Position numbers and translations under genes: made by a program. Below, one piece after another: positions 54,201-62,329 of a DNA stretch of 64,000 bases. Origin of the DNA: Haliotis cracherodii (taxonomy: Eukaryota); contig NW_027266308.1 in NCBI RefSeq assembly GCF_022045235.1, positions 49,786,001 through 49,850,000 on the forward strand, given 5' to 3'. The notes under the pieces were generated by a model. The model was not told where the DNA came from and ran no database searches. It saw nothing but the letters and a program-made list of their open reading frames with translations. The stretch's first letter is position 1, and every line of letters starts with the position of its first letter.

Positions 54201-57200
54201 AGAACACATAAAAATATTGGCTACATTTGATTCTGATAATCATGTTCATCTTGGAACATTTAAGTCTTTTGTTACAGAAATAGAGAATATTGGATGAGCT
54301 GTGGTACAGAGTGATTACCGTTTATGTCCGCAGATAAGCCGAATTTTGAGGACCAGAAAAAAGATTTTGTAGAAAGGGTCGGCTTATCCATGGGATACAC
54401 TTTCATGCTAGTATTTTTCAGATCGTTATCTGTCAGAAACATCGCCTTAATGACGGTACGATAGATTAAAACTTCCCGAAAGTTTGGAAGTTGCCACGAC
54501 TAGAGCCATTATTGTTATAAATTATCAATAAAGTTATTATTATACACCAATGTTGTCATTATTAAAATAATGTTATCCATGTTACTAATTCCGATAATAA
54601 GTTTTCAATTAAATTTTCAAAGTTTATCTCCATAATCTTTACATGTAACAATATATGTAATCCACAGCTATAATATATAATCCACAGATGAAATCCCCAA
54701 TAGCTATTACGTACGTTTTGCAAAGTTCATAAATTGGTTGTGAACGAGTATCTACCTTTATTGAAAGAGGCAAATAAACAACTGTAGTTATTCCGTTCGT
54801 CATTTGCAAAACATGTCATCAGCTGTTTCCTGTGACTTCACTAACAGTGACCACTGTGATTGCTTCCTGTTGTTTAAAAAGTATCACAGTACACAAGGAA
54901 AAGAGCGCTGATAATAACGGGCCGATTGGTATAGTTATGTTGTTTACACAAACACTTTCTAGTTGTGGGTGCTTAGCGATCATGTTGGGAGTAGGGGCTT
55001 AATTCCTTTGTTTTCGAGAGATTAGTTTAATAAACTGGAGACATTCTCATCATGAGTTTGAAACGAAAATGCCAAGCTTAGGATGCTGCATTCAAACTGC
55101 GAGTCTTCGCGCCAGCTGATATATATTTTTTTCACGGGTTTATAATTCTATATACACCGATTCACAAAATGGCGCTTCGTTGTTGACATATAACAACATA
55201 TAACGATCATTACGAGATTAAAAAAAGATGAGAGAAACAGCTTCCCACATTATGAGAGTGGATGAATGGTTTGTTAAATCTTTATTAGAAATAATAATGA
55301 CTTTTTCAACATAATTACAAGGTTATCCATCTTATATTATTAAATATCTGCGAGTGTGGGCACATGTCTTGCAATCCGACTTCGCAGTGTTTTTTGCCTT
55401 TCCCTTCCTGGTTTGGCTTATCTGCGGGTCATATCATTTTCTTTCTTATTTCAGTGGTCAAGTTAATACCTCTACAGGGTCGGCTTATCTGCGGTCATAT
55501 ACGGTATATATTTCCCTGTGAATTAATTACAGTAAACTACGTTTATAACGAACACGCTTATAACGAACTGTTGGATATACCAAACTCCTTTTGGTCTCGT
55601 CCATTTGTTGTATATATGCTGTGTATATATGCTTATAACGAACTACGGTTATAACAAATTAAAATTAGGGGTCCTTTTGAGTTTATTATAACCTTAGTTT
55701 ACTGTATGTAAATTACAAGGCTTTCATGAGACATTAATTCACTGACAATCCGTTATAACAAGTTGAAAGTTGTTCTTTATATTATCCAGTGTCTGGGGTC
55801 CTCTTTGCCAACATACTGAAGCAATGTTAAACTCCATCTTGCTCACTTTGCTAACATACTGAAGCAATGTTAAACTCCATCTTGCTCACTTTGCTAACAT
55901 ACTGAAGCAATGTTAAATTCCATCTTGCTCACTTTGCCAACATACTGAAGCAATATTAACTCCATCTTGCTCACTTTTCTAACATACTGAAGCAATGTTA
56001 AACTCCATCTTGCTCACTTTGCCAACATACTGAAGCAATGTTAACTCCTTTTTGCTCACTTTGCTAACATACTGAAGCAATGTTAAACTCCATCTTGCTC
56101 ACTTTGCCGACATACTGAAGCAATGTTAAACTCCATCTTGCTCACTTTGCCAACATACTGAAGCAATGTTAAATTCCATCTTGCTCACTTTGCCAACATA
56201 TTGAAGCAATGTTAAACTCCATCTTGCTCACTTTGCCAACATACTGAAGCAATGTTTAACTCCATCTTGCTCACTTTGCTAACATACTGAAGCAATGTTA
56301 AATTCCATCTTGCTCACTTTGCCAACATACTGAAGCAATGTTAAACTCCATCTTGCTCACTTTGCCAACATACTGAAGCAATGTTAAACTCTATCTTGCT
56401 CACTTTTCTAACATACTGAAGCAATGTTAACTCCATCTTGCTCACTTTGCCAACATACTGAAGCAATGTTAAACTCCATCTTGCTCACTTTGCTAACAAC
56501 CAAAACAAAGGAAATGGATAAGCCAATTGTCACGATCAGTTTGAAGATAAACATATATTTCTCAGAGAGATTTTCTAAAATGTCCCTGCACTAAAAGGTC
56601 ATTTTTCTTATCATACCACTAGGCTGCATTATGTCCATTTTTTTTATTCAGACGGGAGAAGAGCAAGCGTTAGTTCACAGCGTGGTGTAAGTTGGTTAGT
56701 GCTCCTTCTCTGCAGGTGATATGGACTTCATATCACCCATGAGGACGGCGCTAACCTATGAATAACCAACTACAATCATGCCGATATGAGACAAGATTTC
56801 ATTAAAGTTCTTCGAAAATCTTTATCAATAATTCAACTTTTAAAACACAAGGAGGGTTTCTGTCTACATGTTATACATATCCTCACCCTTGGCTAAAAGA
56901 AAACTTCTTCTTTTGGATCTACAGGAAGGTTTGGGGTTCTGAAATTTCAATTTTTCAAAATGGCCCTAACAGATACTAGCATGTTAACATGGCAAACCCT
57001 GGGATTTATCTAGGTTTTCAAACTAAGTGCCTTTAGCAGGCAAACTGGGCAAATAATTGGGATATTATTCTAAATTAATTTTCGTAAATTCTGAGGACAA
57101 TTCAAACTAGAAATTTGACTGTCTTTTGCTGCAGACTTTTTGGGCCGAATATCCACCTCTGGGCAGACCAAGGTGAATCCCTGCAATCCCTAGAGGGTTA

Positions 57201-60200
57201 ACATGAATAAACTGGTCTATATCTTATCATAGACACAAAGAAAGAGCCATGAAGATCTGAAGCTCACCTGACTTGTTGGTTATTTGTAACAGGCAGGCAA
57301 AATAACATTTTCAACATGGCCGCCATAAAGACTTATGGGCATACATGAAAGTAAGAGCTTACTTCAGACCTAAACAGGTGGGAAGTGAACACATTTACAT
57401 TTTCAACATAACCATTTCTAAATGGTGATTGCTAGAATCATCCATTAAAACTTGCATTGTAATTGGTAAGGCTGGCTTTATATTTAGTTAAGAAAAAAAC
57501 AAATATGTGACAGATAAAACAAACAAATGATCAATAATAATAGACAATACTCTGTGAGATAAGGCACTGCGAGACATAGTTCAGGTCATACCATTTCATA
57601 TTTTTCCCACTGAATAACAGGGCCAGATGTTATTTCACATATCAGAATTTGTTCCTCTGAGATATTGCCTGAAAAATGAACATAGAAATGTTCTTTTCAC
57701 TGGCCATCATGAAATATAATTGTGGCCACAAAACATTCATTTCTCCTATATATCAATAACACAACTTCTAACAAACACTCTGACTTCCACAGAGCAACTG
57801 CTCCCCTCAACACTGAAGACAGACAACTGATAGCTCAATGTTTGAAAAGAACCAACAAAGTGCAGCCTAACAAGCCCAGTGACCATGACAGACCTGTGAA
57901 TTGCAAGCTCAGTCTGCCTGTACCTGAATTTCAAAATAAAACACTCCAACAACTATAGAGTGTTTGGTACACAATACAAAGATTTTCCACTGCCTCTACA
58001 GTGAAAGCCATAAACTGGAGCCCAATCCATAAACCCCTCATAATGTTCAGTCATAGACCCCACCTATGAACAAAATGGCGCACAATTTCAGACTGAGTTA
58101 CGATCAGCAAAGCCCCAACAATATAGTTGTATATTGAAAGCCGTGCACAACAATACACTGAATGGCTGTTAACTCGTAAAGCTGTCAATGTTATTTACTC
58201 TAACACAGGAAATCAGCATTAACCCCCTTGGGATTGAGACAGATGACTTTATTTGTTTTCAACATAGAAATGCATGCATTGCTTTGTGACTGGAAAAGGA
58301 TGATTAATAATTTTGTCAGCATTGTCTTGAGATTTCAATTACCAAATAAATGGTTTCTTGTATCTTTTGTTGTTCTTACACTCCCTCAATTCTAATATTA
58401 TATCTAAGTATTCTCGAAAAGTGCCTGGTACAAAGCCTGAAAGTTTAAGCAACAATCCATATTTTCTTGCTTCAGGACACCCCTGTACTGAGAGGCCATG
58501 TGATGTTAAGGCCCTGCTACAAGACACCCTGTACTGAAAGGCCATGTGATGTTAAGGTCTTGCTTCAGGACACCCCTGTACTGACAGGCCATGTGATGTT
58601 AAGGCCCTGCTTCAGGACACCCCTGTACTGAAAGGCCATGTGATGTTAAGGTCCTGCTTCAGGACACCCCTGTACTGAGAGGCCATGTGATGTTAAGGTC
58701 CTGCTTCAGGACACCCCTGTACTGAAAGGCCATGTGATGTTAAGGTCCTGCTAAAAGGCCTGAGAGGCCATGTGATGTTAAGGTCCTGCTACAAGACACC
58801 CCTATACTGAGAGGCCATCTGATGTTAAGGTCCTGCTACAAGACACCCTGTACTGAGAGGCCATGTGATGTTAAGGTCCTGCTAAAAGACACCCCTATAC
58901 TGAGAGGCCATGTGATGTTAAGGTCCTGCTACAAGACACCCCTATACTGAGAGGCCATGTGATGTTAAGGTCCTGCTACAAGACACCCTGTACTGAAAGG
59001 CCATGTGATGTTAAGGTCCTGCTAAAAGACCTGAGAGGCCATGTGATGTTAAGGTCCTGCTACAAGACACCCCTATACTGAGAGGCCATGTGATGTTAAG
59101 GTCTTGCTACTAGACACCCTGTACTGAGAGGCCATGTGATGTTAAGGTCCTGCTTCAGGACACCCCTGTACTGAAAGGCCATGTGATGTTAAGGTCCTGC
59201 TAAAAGACCTGAGAGGCCATGTGATGTTAAGGTCCTGCTACAAGACACCCCTATACTGAGAGGCCATGTGATGTTAAGGTCCTGCTACAAAACACCCCTA
59301 TACTGAGAGGCCATGTGATGTTAAGGTCTTGCTACAAGACACCCCTGTAATGAGAGGCCATGTGATGTTAAGGTTCTGCTACAGGACACCCCTGTGCTGA
59401 GAGGCCATGTGATGTTAAGGTCTTGCTACAAGACACCCCTGTACTGAGAGGCCATGTGATGTTAAGGTCCTGCTACAAGACACCCTGTACTGAGAGGCCA
59501 TGTGATGTTAAGGTCCTGCTACTAGACACCCTGTACTGACAGGCCATGTGATGTTAACGTCCCGCTACAAGACACCCCTATACTGAGAGGCCATGTGATG
59601 TTAAGGTCTTGCTACAAGACATCCTGTACTGAGAGGCCATGTGATGTTAAGGTCCTGCTACAAGACACCCTGTACTGAGAGGCCATATGATGTTAAGGTC
59701 CTGCTACTAGACACACTATACTGAGAGGCCATGTGATGTTAAGGTCCTGCTACAAGACACCATGTACTGACAGGCCATGTGATGTTAAGGTTCTGCTACT
59801 AGACACCCTATACTGAGAGGCCATGTGATGTTAAGGTCCTGTTACTAGACACCCTGTACTGACAGGCCATGTGATGTTAAGGTCCTGCTACAAGACACCC
59901 CTGTACTGAGAGGCCATGTGATGTTAAGGTTCTGCTACAAGACACCCTGTACTGAGAGGCCATGTGATGTTAAGGTCCTGCTAAAAGACACCCCTGTACT
60001 GAGAGGCCATGTGATCTTAAGGTCCTGCTACAAGACACCCTGTACTGAGAGGCCATGTGATGTTAAGGTTCTGCTACAAGACACCCTGTACTGACAGGCC
60101 ATGTGATGTTAACGTCCTGCTAAAAGACACCCCTATACTGAGAGGCCATGTGATGTTAAGGTCGTGCTACAAGACACCCTGTACTGAGAGGCCATGTGAT

Positions 60201-62329
60201 GTTAAGGTCCTGCTACTAGACACCCTATACTGAGAGGCCATGTGATGTTAAGGTTCTGCTACAAGACACCCTGTACTGACAGGCCATGTGATGTTAACGT
60301 CCTGCTAAAAGACACCCCTATACTGAGAGGCCATGTGATGTTAAGGTCGTGCTACAAGACACCCTGTACTGAGAGGCCATGTGATGTTAAGGTCCTGCTA
60401 CTAGACACCCTATACTGAGAGGCCATGTGATGTTAAGGTCATGCTTCAAGACACCCTGTACTGAGAGGCCATGTGATGTTAAGGTCGTGCTACAAGACAC
60501 CCTGTACTGAGAGGCCATGTGATCTTAAGGTCCTGCTACAAGACACCCTGTACTGAGAGGCCATGTGATGTTAAGGTTCTGCTACAAGACACCCTGTACT
60601 GACAGGCCATGTGATGTTAACGTCCTGCTAAAAGACACCCCTATACTGAGAGGCAATGTGATGTTAAGGTCGTGCTACAAGACACCCTGTACTGAGAGGC
60701 CATGTGATGTTAAGGTCCTGCTACTAGACACCCTATACAGAGAGGCCATGTGATGTTAAGGTCGTGCTTCAAGACACCCTGTACTGAGAGGCCATGTGAT
60801 GTTAAGGTCGTGCTACAAGACACCCTGTACTGAGAGGCCATGTGATGTTAAGGTCGTGCTACAAGACACCCTGTACTGACAGGCCATATGGTGACTGCCA
60901 CACCCATATCAGCAGATGGTATAGCACAAACCCTTGAAGACAATGTACATGCCACGTCAGAAGCTCACCTCAACATCTCGCTAAGAATAATTGAAGAGTG
61001 TGATCTGCTTACCTCCTTTTCCTGCAAGACATCTCGATACTGAGAGGAGATGGAGTTGATCTGCAACTCGGATGATTCAGCCTTCTCCTCTAACTCCCTG
61101 TTGAAGATCTTGAGGCGGTCATTCTGGAGGACAAGAACACAATACATAAACAAGTTAAAACTCAGAAATTTCTTTCATAGTTGTGTTGCAAGAAAAGGAT
61201 TTTGGAGAATAATTAATTTTTTTCGACCCCATGGAATAAATAAATTGTAATTGGGAACTTGAAGGACATCAAGTTGAAGTACAATGTATGAAAGGGGCTA
61301 TCAGATTTTTTGGTGTTTTTATTCTTTTCTTTGCCTTTTTAGTAGATTTCAGCATTACCACCCATCCTCTGGGTGCAAGGGTTAAAACTGGGATAGAAAG
61401 ATCAAACGTGCCATAGGGCACCCAATAGATGTTTAGGTGTGTCCTTTAGAAATTAAGAGAACCAATGTGATTGGATTTTTCACTATGAACTAGACAAAAA
61501 GTGGTTGTAATTCAGAAAGTTTGCTTCCTTTCCTTTTACTGAGATTGATAACATCCTGTTCAGGTTTTGGTACCCAGGTTTATGTCCTGATTCATACTGT
61601 GCAATAAGAGGTTTTTATATTTATCTTTAATGTCATCACAGTGTACATTTATCACTGGCTTTGTATAATATACACCCTCACAAGGCATCATGTTATTTTC
61701 AAATATGATCTCTAAGTGTGCCACTCAGAAACCAAGAAGTTATCTTAACAGTTAAACCAATGCGATTGTAACTGTGCCATTGGCACTCCAATACACGTTA
61801 TAGAAAACTACAGTTATAACGAACCCTAAGGACCACTAATTTAAATTTGTTATAACTCTAGTTCGTTATAAGCATATATACAGAAAATGAACGGGACCCA
61901 AAAACAGTTCATTATATCCGTCAGTTCGTTATAAGGGTGTTCATTATAAACGTAGTTTACTGTATTTTGTTTAAAACCTGAATTCAAAATGATGGACTAT
62001 TAAATTTAAGACCTTTATATACTAGGACTTCTTTGCTTATCGCAATCATAAAATATATTCTGCAGACAAGCATAGATAATTCTTTATCGGAATTATTCAT
62101 ATTAAACCATGCTGGCAGAATCCCTGGCATAGACCCTGCTTCTACATATTCAACACATGGCAAGGGACAGCCTGTGCATCTAATCATGCTAATGAGGCGG
62201 TGAAACTTATCCTCGTTAACTACCCAGGTATATCTCCTAAGGGTCAACTCACCTCAGTCTTGAGGGCCCCACACAAAGTTTGAAACTCAGCGATCTTCTC
62301 CTGAGCCAGACGCAGCTCGGTGGCATGAT
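2919..62329 (-). CDS. TRIP11: Golgin GMAP-210 / thyroid receptor-interacting protein 11 orthologue; multi-exon gene, 27 coding exons in window, 5'-incomplete (ALPS/ATG exon upstream of 64000)
   Basis: Phase-compatible GT-AG exons join into about 2,200 aa of coiled coil. N-terminal blocks (LEEKAESSELQI, QHEINRL..EAQHW, HQQHEVVSLQDVH) and C-terminal blocks (YAASLANLQMVLEQFQQ, AASRLSEQLD, GRAB domain, SFSQLFVKFLEKES GA1 motif) match TRIP11/Gmap as I recall them. Confidence 0.95.
3839..3958 (-). CDS. TRIP11: TRIP11/Gmap exon (INQTQTSWVAGFLRFGSPRAGPTPPTTPVHAGSKAPSLDQ)
   Basis: ccccag acceptor, gtgagc donor; 120 bp, phase 0 to 0. Confidence 0.9.
4279..4553. mobile_element. hAT-like MITE (TAGGGCTGGGACGATA ... 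TATCGTGCCACCACTA)
   Basis: Imperfect TIRs, subterminal CGATAC repeats, near-TSD gtagctc/gtagatc. Confidence 0.7.
4679..4793 (-). CDS. TRIP11: TRIP11/Gmap GRAB-domain exon (LLMKNMLIGYFQTPTGRRNEVIHMMGGVLNF)
   Basis: gctcag acceptor, gtaaag donor; 115 bp, phase 2 to 0; GRIP-related Arf-binding signature. Confidence 0.94.
4905..5130 (-). mobile_element. SINE family B, degenerate
   Basis: ttggtgaaacccacaag...ctgacaaacccagaa core shared with other family B copies. Confidence 0.65.
5356..5437 (-). CDS. TRIP11: TRIP11/Gmap exon (LLREKTLKAAEEEVRKLTTSTEAKVDK), start of GRAB domain
   Basis: ttacag acceptor, gtgagt donor; 82 bp, phase 1 to 2. Confidence 0.93.
5809..5881 (-). ncRNA. mir-12: pre-miR-12; mature 5p arm UGAGUAUUACAUCAGGUACUGA at 5872-5851
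   Basis: Matches the protostome miR-12 mature sequence. Near-perfect hairpin with 3p arm UCAGUACCUUUUGUGAUAUUCGU and basal stem UACAAAC/GUUUGUA. Confidence 0.95.
6250..6440. repeat. 91-bp tandem duplication (about 2 copies)
   Basis: ctaaaattggtgtca at 6252 and 6343. Confidence 0.85.
6928..7002 (-). ncRNA. mir-216a: pre-miR-216a (miR-304 orthologue); mature UAAUCUCAGCUGGUAAUUCUGAG at 6993-6971
   Basis: miR-216 family seed AAUCUCA; 3p arm CUCAAGUUACUAGCCGAGAUUA pairs along its length; 12-nt loop. Confidence 0.93.
7323..7390 (-). ncRNA. mir-216b: pre-miR-216b (miR-283 orthologue); mature UAAUAUCAGCUGGUAAUCCUGAG at 7384-7362
   Basis: Seed AAUAUCA as in miR-283/miR-216b; 3p arm CUCAGGAUGCUGACUGAUAUAUG forms the hairpin. 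Confidence 0.92.
7730..7798 (-). ncRNA. Third miR-216-family hairpin; mature UAAUCUCAGCUGGUAAUUCCGAG at 7791-7769
   Basis: Differs from miR-216a only at nt 20; divergent G-U-rich 3p arm CUCGAGCGCCUGGCUGGGGUGG; basal stem UCUAU/AUAGA. Confidence 0.82.
8003..8052. repeat. 12-bp tandem repeat (cagggtcacata) x4
   Basis: Seen directly. Confidence 0.85.
8257..8365. mobile_element. Palindromic Harbinger-like MITE (GGGCC ends)
   Basis: Long imperfect inverted repeat gggcctcgttcc...ggaacaggccc. Confidence 0.65.
8649..8748 (-). CDS. TRIP11: TRIP11/Gmap exon (TELEEASDGLEAASRLSEQLDKKEEAVAALKEE)
   Basis: ttacag acceptor, gtaggt donor; 100 bp, phase 0 to 1. Confidence 0.93.
8798..9018. mobile_element. 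hAT-like MITE (CATA(G/C)CTGTCAAC TIR)
   Basis: TIRs catagctgtcaac / gttgacaggtatg; internal GCGTGAG repeats. Confidence 0.65.
9357..9460 (-). CDS. TRIP11: TRIP11/Gmap exon (KDAQIAADTERYQDEIKLLKDKVNTLQRALDSTK)
   Basis: ttgcag acceptor, gtatgt donor; 104 bp, phase 1 to 0. Confidence 0.9.
9596..9759 (-). CDS. TRIP11: TRIP11/Gmap exon (QAASEQVETLQHQL...YAASLANLQMVLEQFQQ)
   Basis: ctgcag acceptor, gtgggt donor; 164 bp, phase 2 to 1. Confidence 0.93.
9928..10201 (-). mobile_element. SINE family B (about 290 bp; tRNA-Leu-like head with long A-B box spacer)
   Basis: GGGTAGCCCAGTTGTCTAAGGCG head, GTTCGAAT B box, shared tail, (TCAC)n. Confidence 0.82.
10343..10515 (-). mobile_element. SINE family A
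   Basis: Same consensus; imperfect TSD aggta(g/t)cttggg. Confidence 0.88.
10602..10723 (-). CDS. TRIP11: TRIP11/Gmap exon (IEEGYTGEALEAEEREKELRNRLAVAEEKILSSSSAVQNA)
   Basis: ttgcag acceptor, gtgaga donor; 122 bp, phase 0 to 2. Confidence 0.93.
10815..10966 (-). mobile_element. SINE family A (small internal deletion)
   Basis: Same consensus; TSD ctcaacaaaaca. Confidence 0.88.
11161..11232 (-). CDS. TRIP11: TRIP11/Gmap exon (IARLKEKEMKLSRELERLRQHLLQ)
   Basis: ttgcag acceptor, gtatac donor; 72 bp; ELERLRxHLL motif. Confidence 0.93.
11493..11760 (+). mobile_element. SINE family B
   Basis: GGATGGCCTAGTTGTCTAAG head; tail ends about 25 bp from the giant-exon donor. Confidence 0.8.
11786..15024 (-). 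CDS. TRIP11: TRIP11/Gmap giant central coiled-coil exon (3,239 bp)
   Basis: Overlaps ORF 11744-14971; ttgtag acceptor, GAG|gtgaga donor; conserved QNLSRLVRDREMEIEALKQKNDTLLAVLQ and QKHQESVTYHNEIQRL blocks. Confidence 0.96.
15410..15488 (-). CDS. TRIP11: TRIP11/Gmap exon (VALEEKIKRLENNVSTLEKSLQSEKQ)
   Basis: ttgcag acceptor, gtaaga donor; 79 bp, phase 0 to 1. Confidence 0.9.
16214..16381 (-). CDS. TRIP11: TRIP11/Gmap exon (TGEVVEETIVAEHQDLLQ...EEERDQLEADK)
   Basis: tctcag acceptor, gtgaga donor; 168 bp, phase 0 to 0. Confidence 0.88.
16815..16871 (-). CDS. TRIP11: TRIP11/Gmap exon (GLAEVKRQEKKSQAVERTQ)
   Basis: tgccag acceptor, gtaatt donor; 57 bp, phase 0 to 0. Confidence 0.8.
17208..17482 (+). 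mobile_element. SINE family B
   Basis: GGGTTCGAATCC B box, family B core and tail. Confidence 0.8.
17501..17732 (-). CDS. TRIP11: TRIP11/Gmap exon (TVDGSDISELSRRNRELDLKVEQLQ...WQLEKESLEEVLLQLRKQL)
   Basis: acacag acceptor, gtgatt donor; 232 bp, phase 2 to 0. Confidence 0.9.
18052..18183. mobile_element. Tc1/mariner-like MITE (TACTACTCAAAAG TIR family)
   Basis: About 25-bp TIRs, TA flanks. Confidence 0.8.
18465..18525 (-). CDS. TRIP11: TRIP11/Gmap exon (VDESSSVSTLNDSLSTGSV)
   Basis: Poly-T tract with ctag acceptor, gtgaga donor; 61 bp, phase 1 to 2. Confidence 0.85.
18676..18837 (-). CDS. TRIP11: TRIP11/Gmap exon (LVASLEKENLYLREQNLKCQEQITLLE...)
   Basis: tttcag acceptor, gtcagt donor; 162 bp, phase 1 to 1. 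Confidence 0.85.
19220..19337 (-). CDS. TRIP11: TRIP11/Gmap exon (QGQVKSNLVEVKSLSTHLTTEAAAIVESLGSPGHQQVTA)
   Basis: gcacag acceptor (an in-frame alternative AG lies 9 nt downstream), gtaatt donor; 118 bp, phase 0 to 1. Confidence 0.8.
19782..19945 (-). mobile_element. SINE family A
   Basis: Same consensus with (TCAC)n tail. Confidence 0.85.
20342..20476 (-). CDS. TRIP11: TRIP11/Gmap exon (ADALEVLSDLQHVRHQMDNDSAGRRNRLLNEKQKLANQIYVLGQK)
   Basis: ttccag acceptor, gttagc donor; 135 bp, phase 0 to 0, open frame. Confidence 0.8.
21397..21500 (-). CDS. TRIP11: TRIP11/Gmap exon with ambiguous donor (ALSEKSSLEKEVGQ, optionally extended by VGLSLFDAKQRLLEQLDANH)
   Basis: tttcag acceptor, exon starts at 21500. 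Two in-frame phase-0 donors: CAG|gttggc (exon ends 21457) or CAT|gtactg (exon ends 21397). Confidence 0.7.
21813..22011 (-). CDS. TRIP11: TRIP11/Gmap exon (IETAKRHLEGVLEELQTEVGKLQDERD...)
   Basis: tggcag acceptor, gtgagt donor; 199 bp, phase 0 to 1. Confidence 0.88.
22230..22360. repeat. Dispersed repeat of about 130 bp (other copies near 41915-42045, 50580-50710 and 51720-51840)
   Basis: Shared ggtatcataaggact(a/g)gtagaaa...ttttgctata...atcattataaggactagt in both orientations. Confidence 0.75.
22453..22604 (-). CDS. TRIP11: TRIP11/Gmap exon (...SDVHDLRRELQDLHTQLSKVNTEKNK)
   Basis: tgtcag acceptor, gtgagg donor; 152 bp, phase 1 to 0. Confidence 0.88.
23009..23174 (-). CDS. TRIP11: TRIP11/Gmap exon (ELEHQLVQARDHQQHEVVSLQDVHTDKMAAIKKKHKQE...)
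   Basis: ttgcag acceptor, gtgagt donor; 166 bp, phase 0 to 1. Confidence 0.92.
24358..24432 (-). CDS. TRIP11: TRIP11/Gmap exon (SQTGTSNEQFEASNAEIIQLRDRAK)
   Basis: tttcag acceptor, gtatat donor; 75 bp, phase 0 to 0. Confidence 0.85.
25996..26088 (-). mobile_element. 5'-truncated SINE family A
   Basis: 3' half only, flanked by TSD cctaacatcata, as expected for target-primed truncation. Confidence 0.85.
28284..28412. mobile_element. Tc1/mariner-like MITE (TACTACTCAAAAG TIR family)
   Basis: About 30-bp TIRs, TA flanks. Confidence 0.8.
28965..29225 (-). mobile_element. Non-autonomous retroposon family D (GTCGTAAGAGGC(G/A)AC core; (AAAC)n tail)
   Basis: Homologous to 52800-53053; tail GCTGGAATATTGCCGAGTGCGGCGTT resembles families A and B. 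Confidence 0.8.
29395..29534 (-). CDS. TRIP11: TRIP11/Gmap exon (WDLGDNISLQHEINRLRQEATRLQTEAQHWK)
   Basis: ttacag acceptor, gttagt donor; 140 bp, phase 1 to 0; conserved EINRL...HW motif. Confidence 0.92.
29940..30365. repeat. Minisatellite, 25-27-bp units (gtgttgaatgtagaagtattgtaca)
   Basis: Direct tandem repetition. Confidence 0.92.
30457..31285. repeat. Minisatellite, 54-bp unit x about 15
   Basis: Near-identical units; 18-aa periodicity in several ORF frames. Confidence 0.96.
34689..35213. repeat. G-rich minisatellite, 37-bp unit x about 14
   Basis: ctacccagggtgggtctggcatgaagtgtgggtcaga repeated. Confidence 0.95.
38391..38818. repeat. 70-bp tandem array x6 derived from a SINE 3' tail
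   Basis: Units start at 38391, 38461, 38531, 38601, 38671 and 38741. Confidence 0.92.
39576..39754. mobile_element. pogo/Tigger-like MITE (TACAGTAAACTAC TIR)
   Basis: TIRs with TA flanks; internal TTCGTTATAA repeats; copies at 55528 and 61799. Confidence 0.85.
41328..41745 (-). mobile_element. SINE family B with a tandemly duplicated 3' segment of about 145 bp
   Basis: Tail-to-core segment present twice (41328-41480 and 41482-41620), each with (TCAC)n. Confidence 0.85.
42170..42742. repeat. Minisatellite, 24-bp unit (ctctaacatacagtttcacctagg) x about 24
   Basis: Direct tandem repetition with 22-bp variants. Confidence 0.95.
43284..43470 (+). mobile_element. SINE family B, 5'-truncated
   Basis: Core and tail match. 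Confidence 0.78.
43757..43916 (-). mobile_element. SINE family A with internal duplication/deletion
   Basis: Consensus match; TSD cgtcttacac. Confidence 0.85.
45630..45791 (-). mobile_element. SINE family A
   Basis: Consensus match; TSD ggggattccag. Confidence 0.87.
46293..46530 (-). mobile_element. SINE family B
   Basis: Core and tail match; small internal duplication. Confidence 0.78.
48512..48874 (-). mobile_element. tRNA-derived SINE, family C, full length
   Basis: A and B boxes, (TCACC)n tail, 11-bp TSD aggtgacatta at 48501-48511 and 48875-48885. Confidence 0.88.
52590..52790 (+). mobile_element. SINE family B, 5'-truncated
   Basis: Core and tail match. Confidence 0.75.
52800..53053 (+). 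mobile_element. Non-autonomous retroposon family D
   Basis: TAAAAGGCGACTATGCTTGTCGTAAGAGGCGACTAAC core; (AAAC)n tail. Confidence 0.8.
54049..54193 (-). CDS. TRIP11: TRIP11/Gmap exon (NDLKELKKKHNEILEHQARSALSP...)
   Basis: tttcag acceptor, gtaggt donor; 145 bp, phase 0 to 1; followed by a 24.5-kb intron. Confidence 0.85.
54316..55506. mobile_element. Non-autonomous pogo-like DNA transposon, about 1.2 kb
   Basis: TIRs TACCGT(T/A)TATG(T/A)CCGCAGATAAGCCGA, TA flanks, subterminal GGCTTATC repeats; no transposase ORF. Confidence 0.85.
55528..55706. mobile_element. pogo/Tigger-like MITE (TACAGTAAACT TIR)
   Basis: Inverted copy of the 39576 element. Confidence 0.85.
55803..56497. repeat. Minisatellite, 43-bp unit x about 16
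   Basis: ctttgccaacatactgaagcaatgttaaactccatcttgctca repeated. Confidence 0.95.
58468..60888. repeat. Minisatellite, 46-47-bp unit x about 52 (2.4 kb)
   Basis: gacaccctgtactgagaggccatgtgatgttaaggtcctgctacaa repeated, with patterned variants. Confidence 0.96.
61013..61123 (-). CDS. TRIP11: TRIP11/Gmap exon (NDRLKIFNRELEEKAESSELQINSISSQYRDVLQEKE)
   Basis: ctccag acceptor, gtaagc donor; 111 bp, phase 0 to 0; conserved N-terminal coiled coil. Confidence 0.93.
61799..61964. mobile_element. pogo/Tigger-like MITE, same family
   Basis: Right TIR GTAGTTTACTGTA intact, left TIR degenerate. Confidence 0.8.
62253..62329 (-). CDS. TRIP11: TRIP11/Gmap exon (first in window; HATELRLAQEKIAEFQTLCGALKTE)
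   Basis: ttttgtag acceptor, GAG|gtgagt donor; 77 bp, phase 1 to 0. Confidence 0.85.

Noticed and set aside
55803-60888. Tandem arrays as CRISPR arrays or hammerhead-ribozyme (retrozyme) arrays
   Set aside because: No unique spacers or cas genes and the context is eukaryotic. The CTGAGAG words lack the GAAA core and stems needed for a hammerhead.
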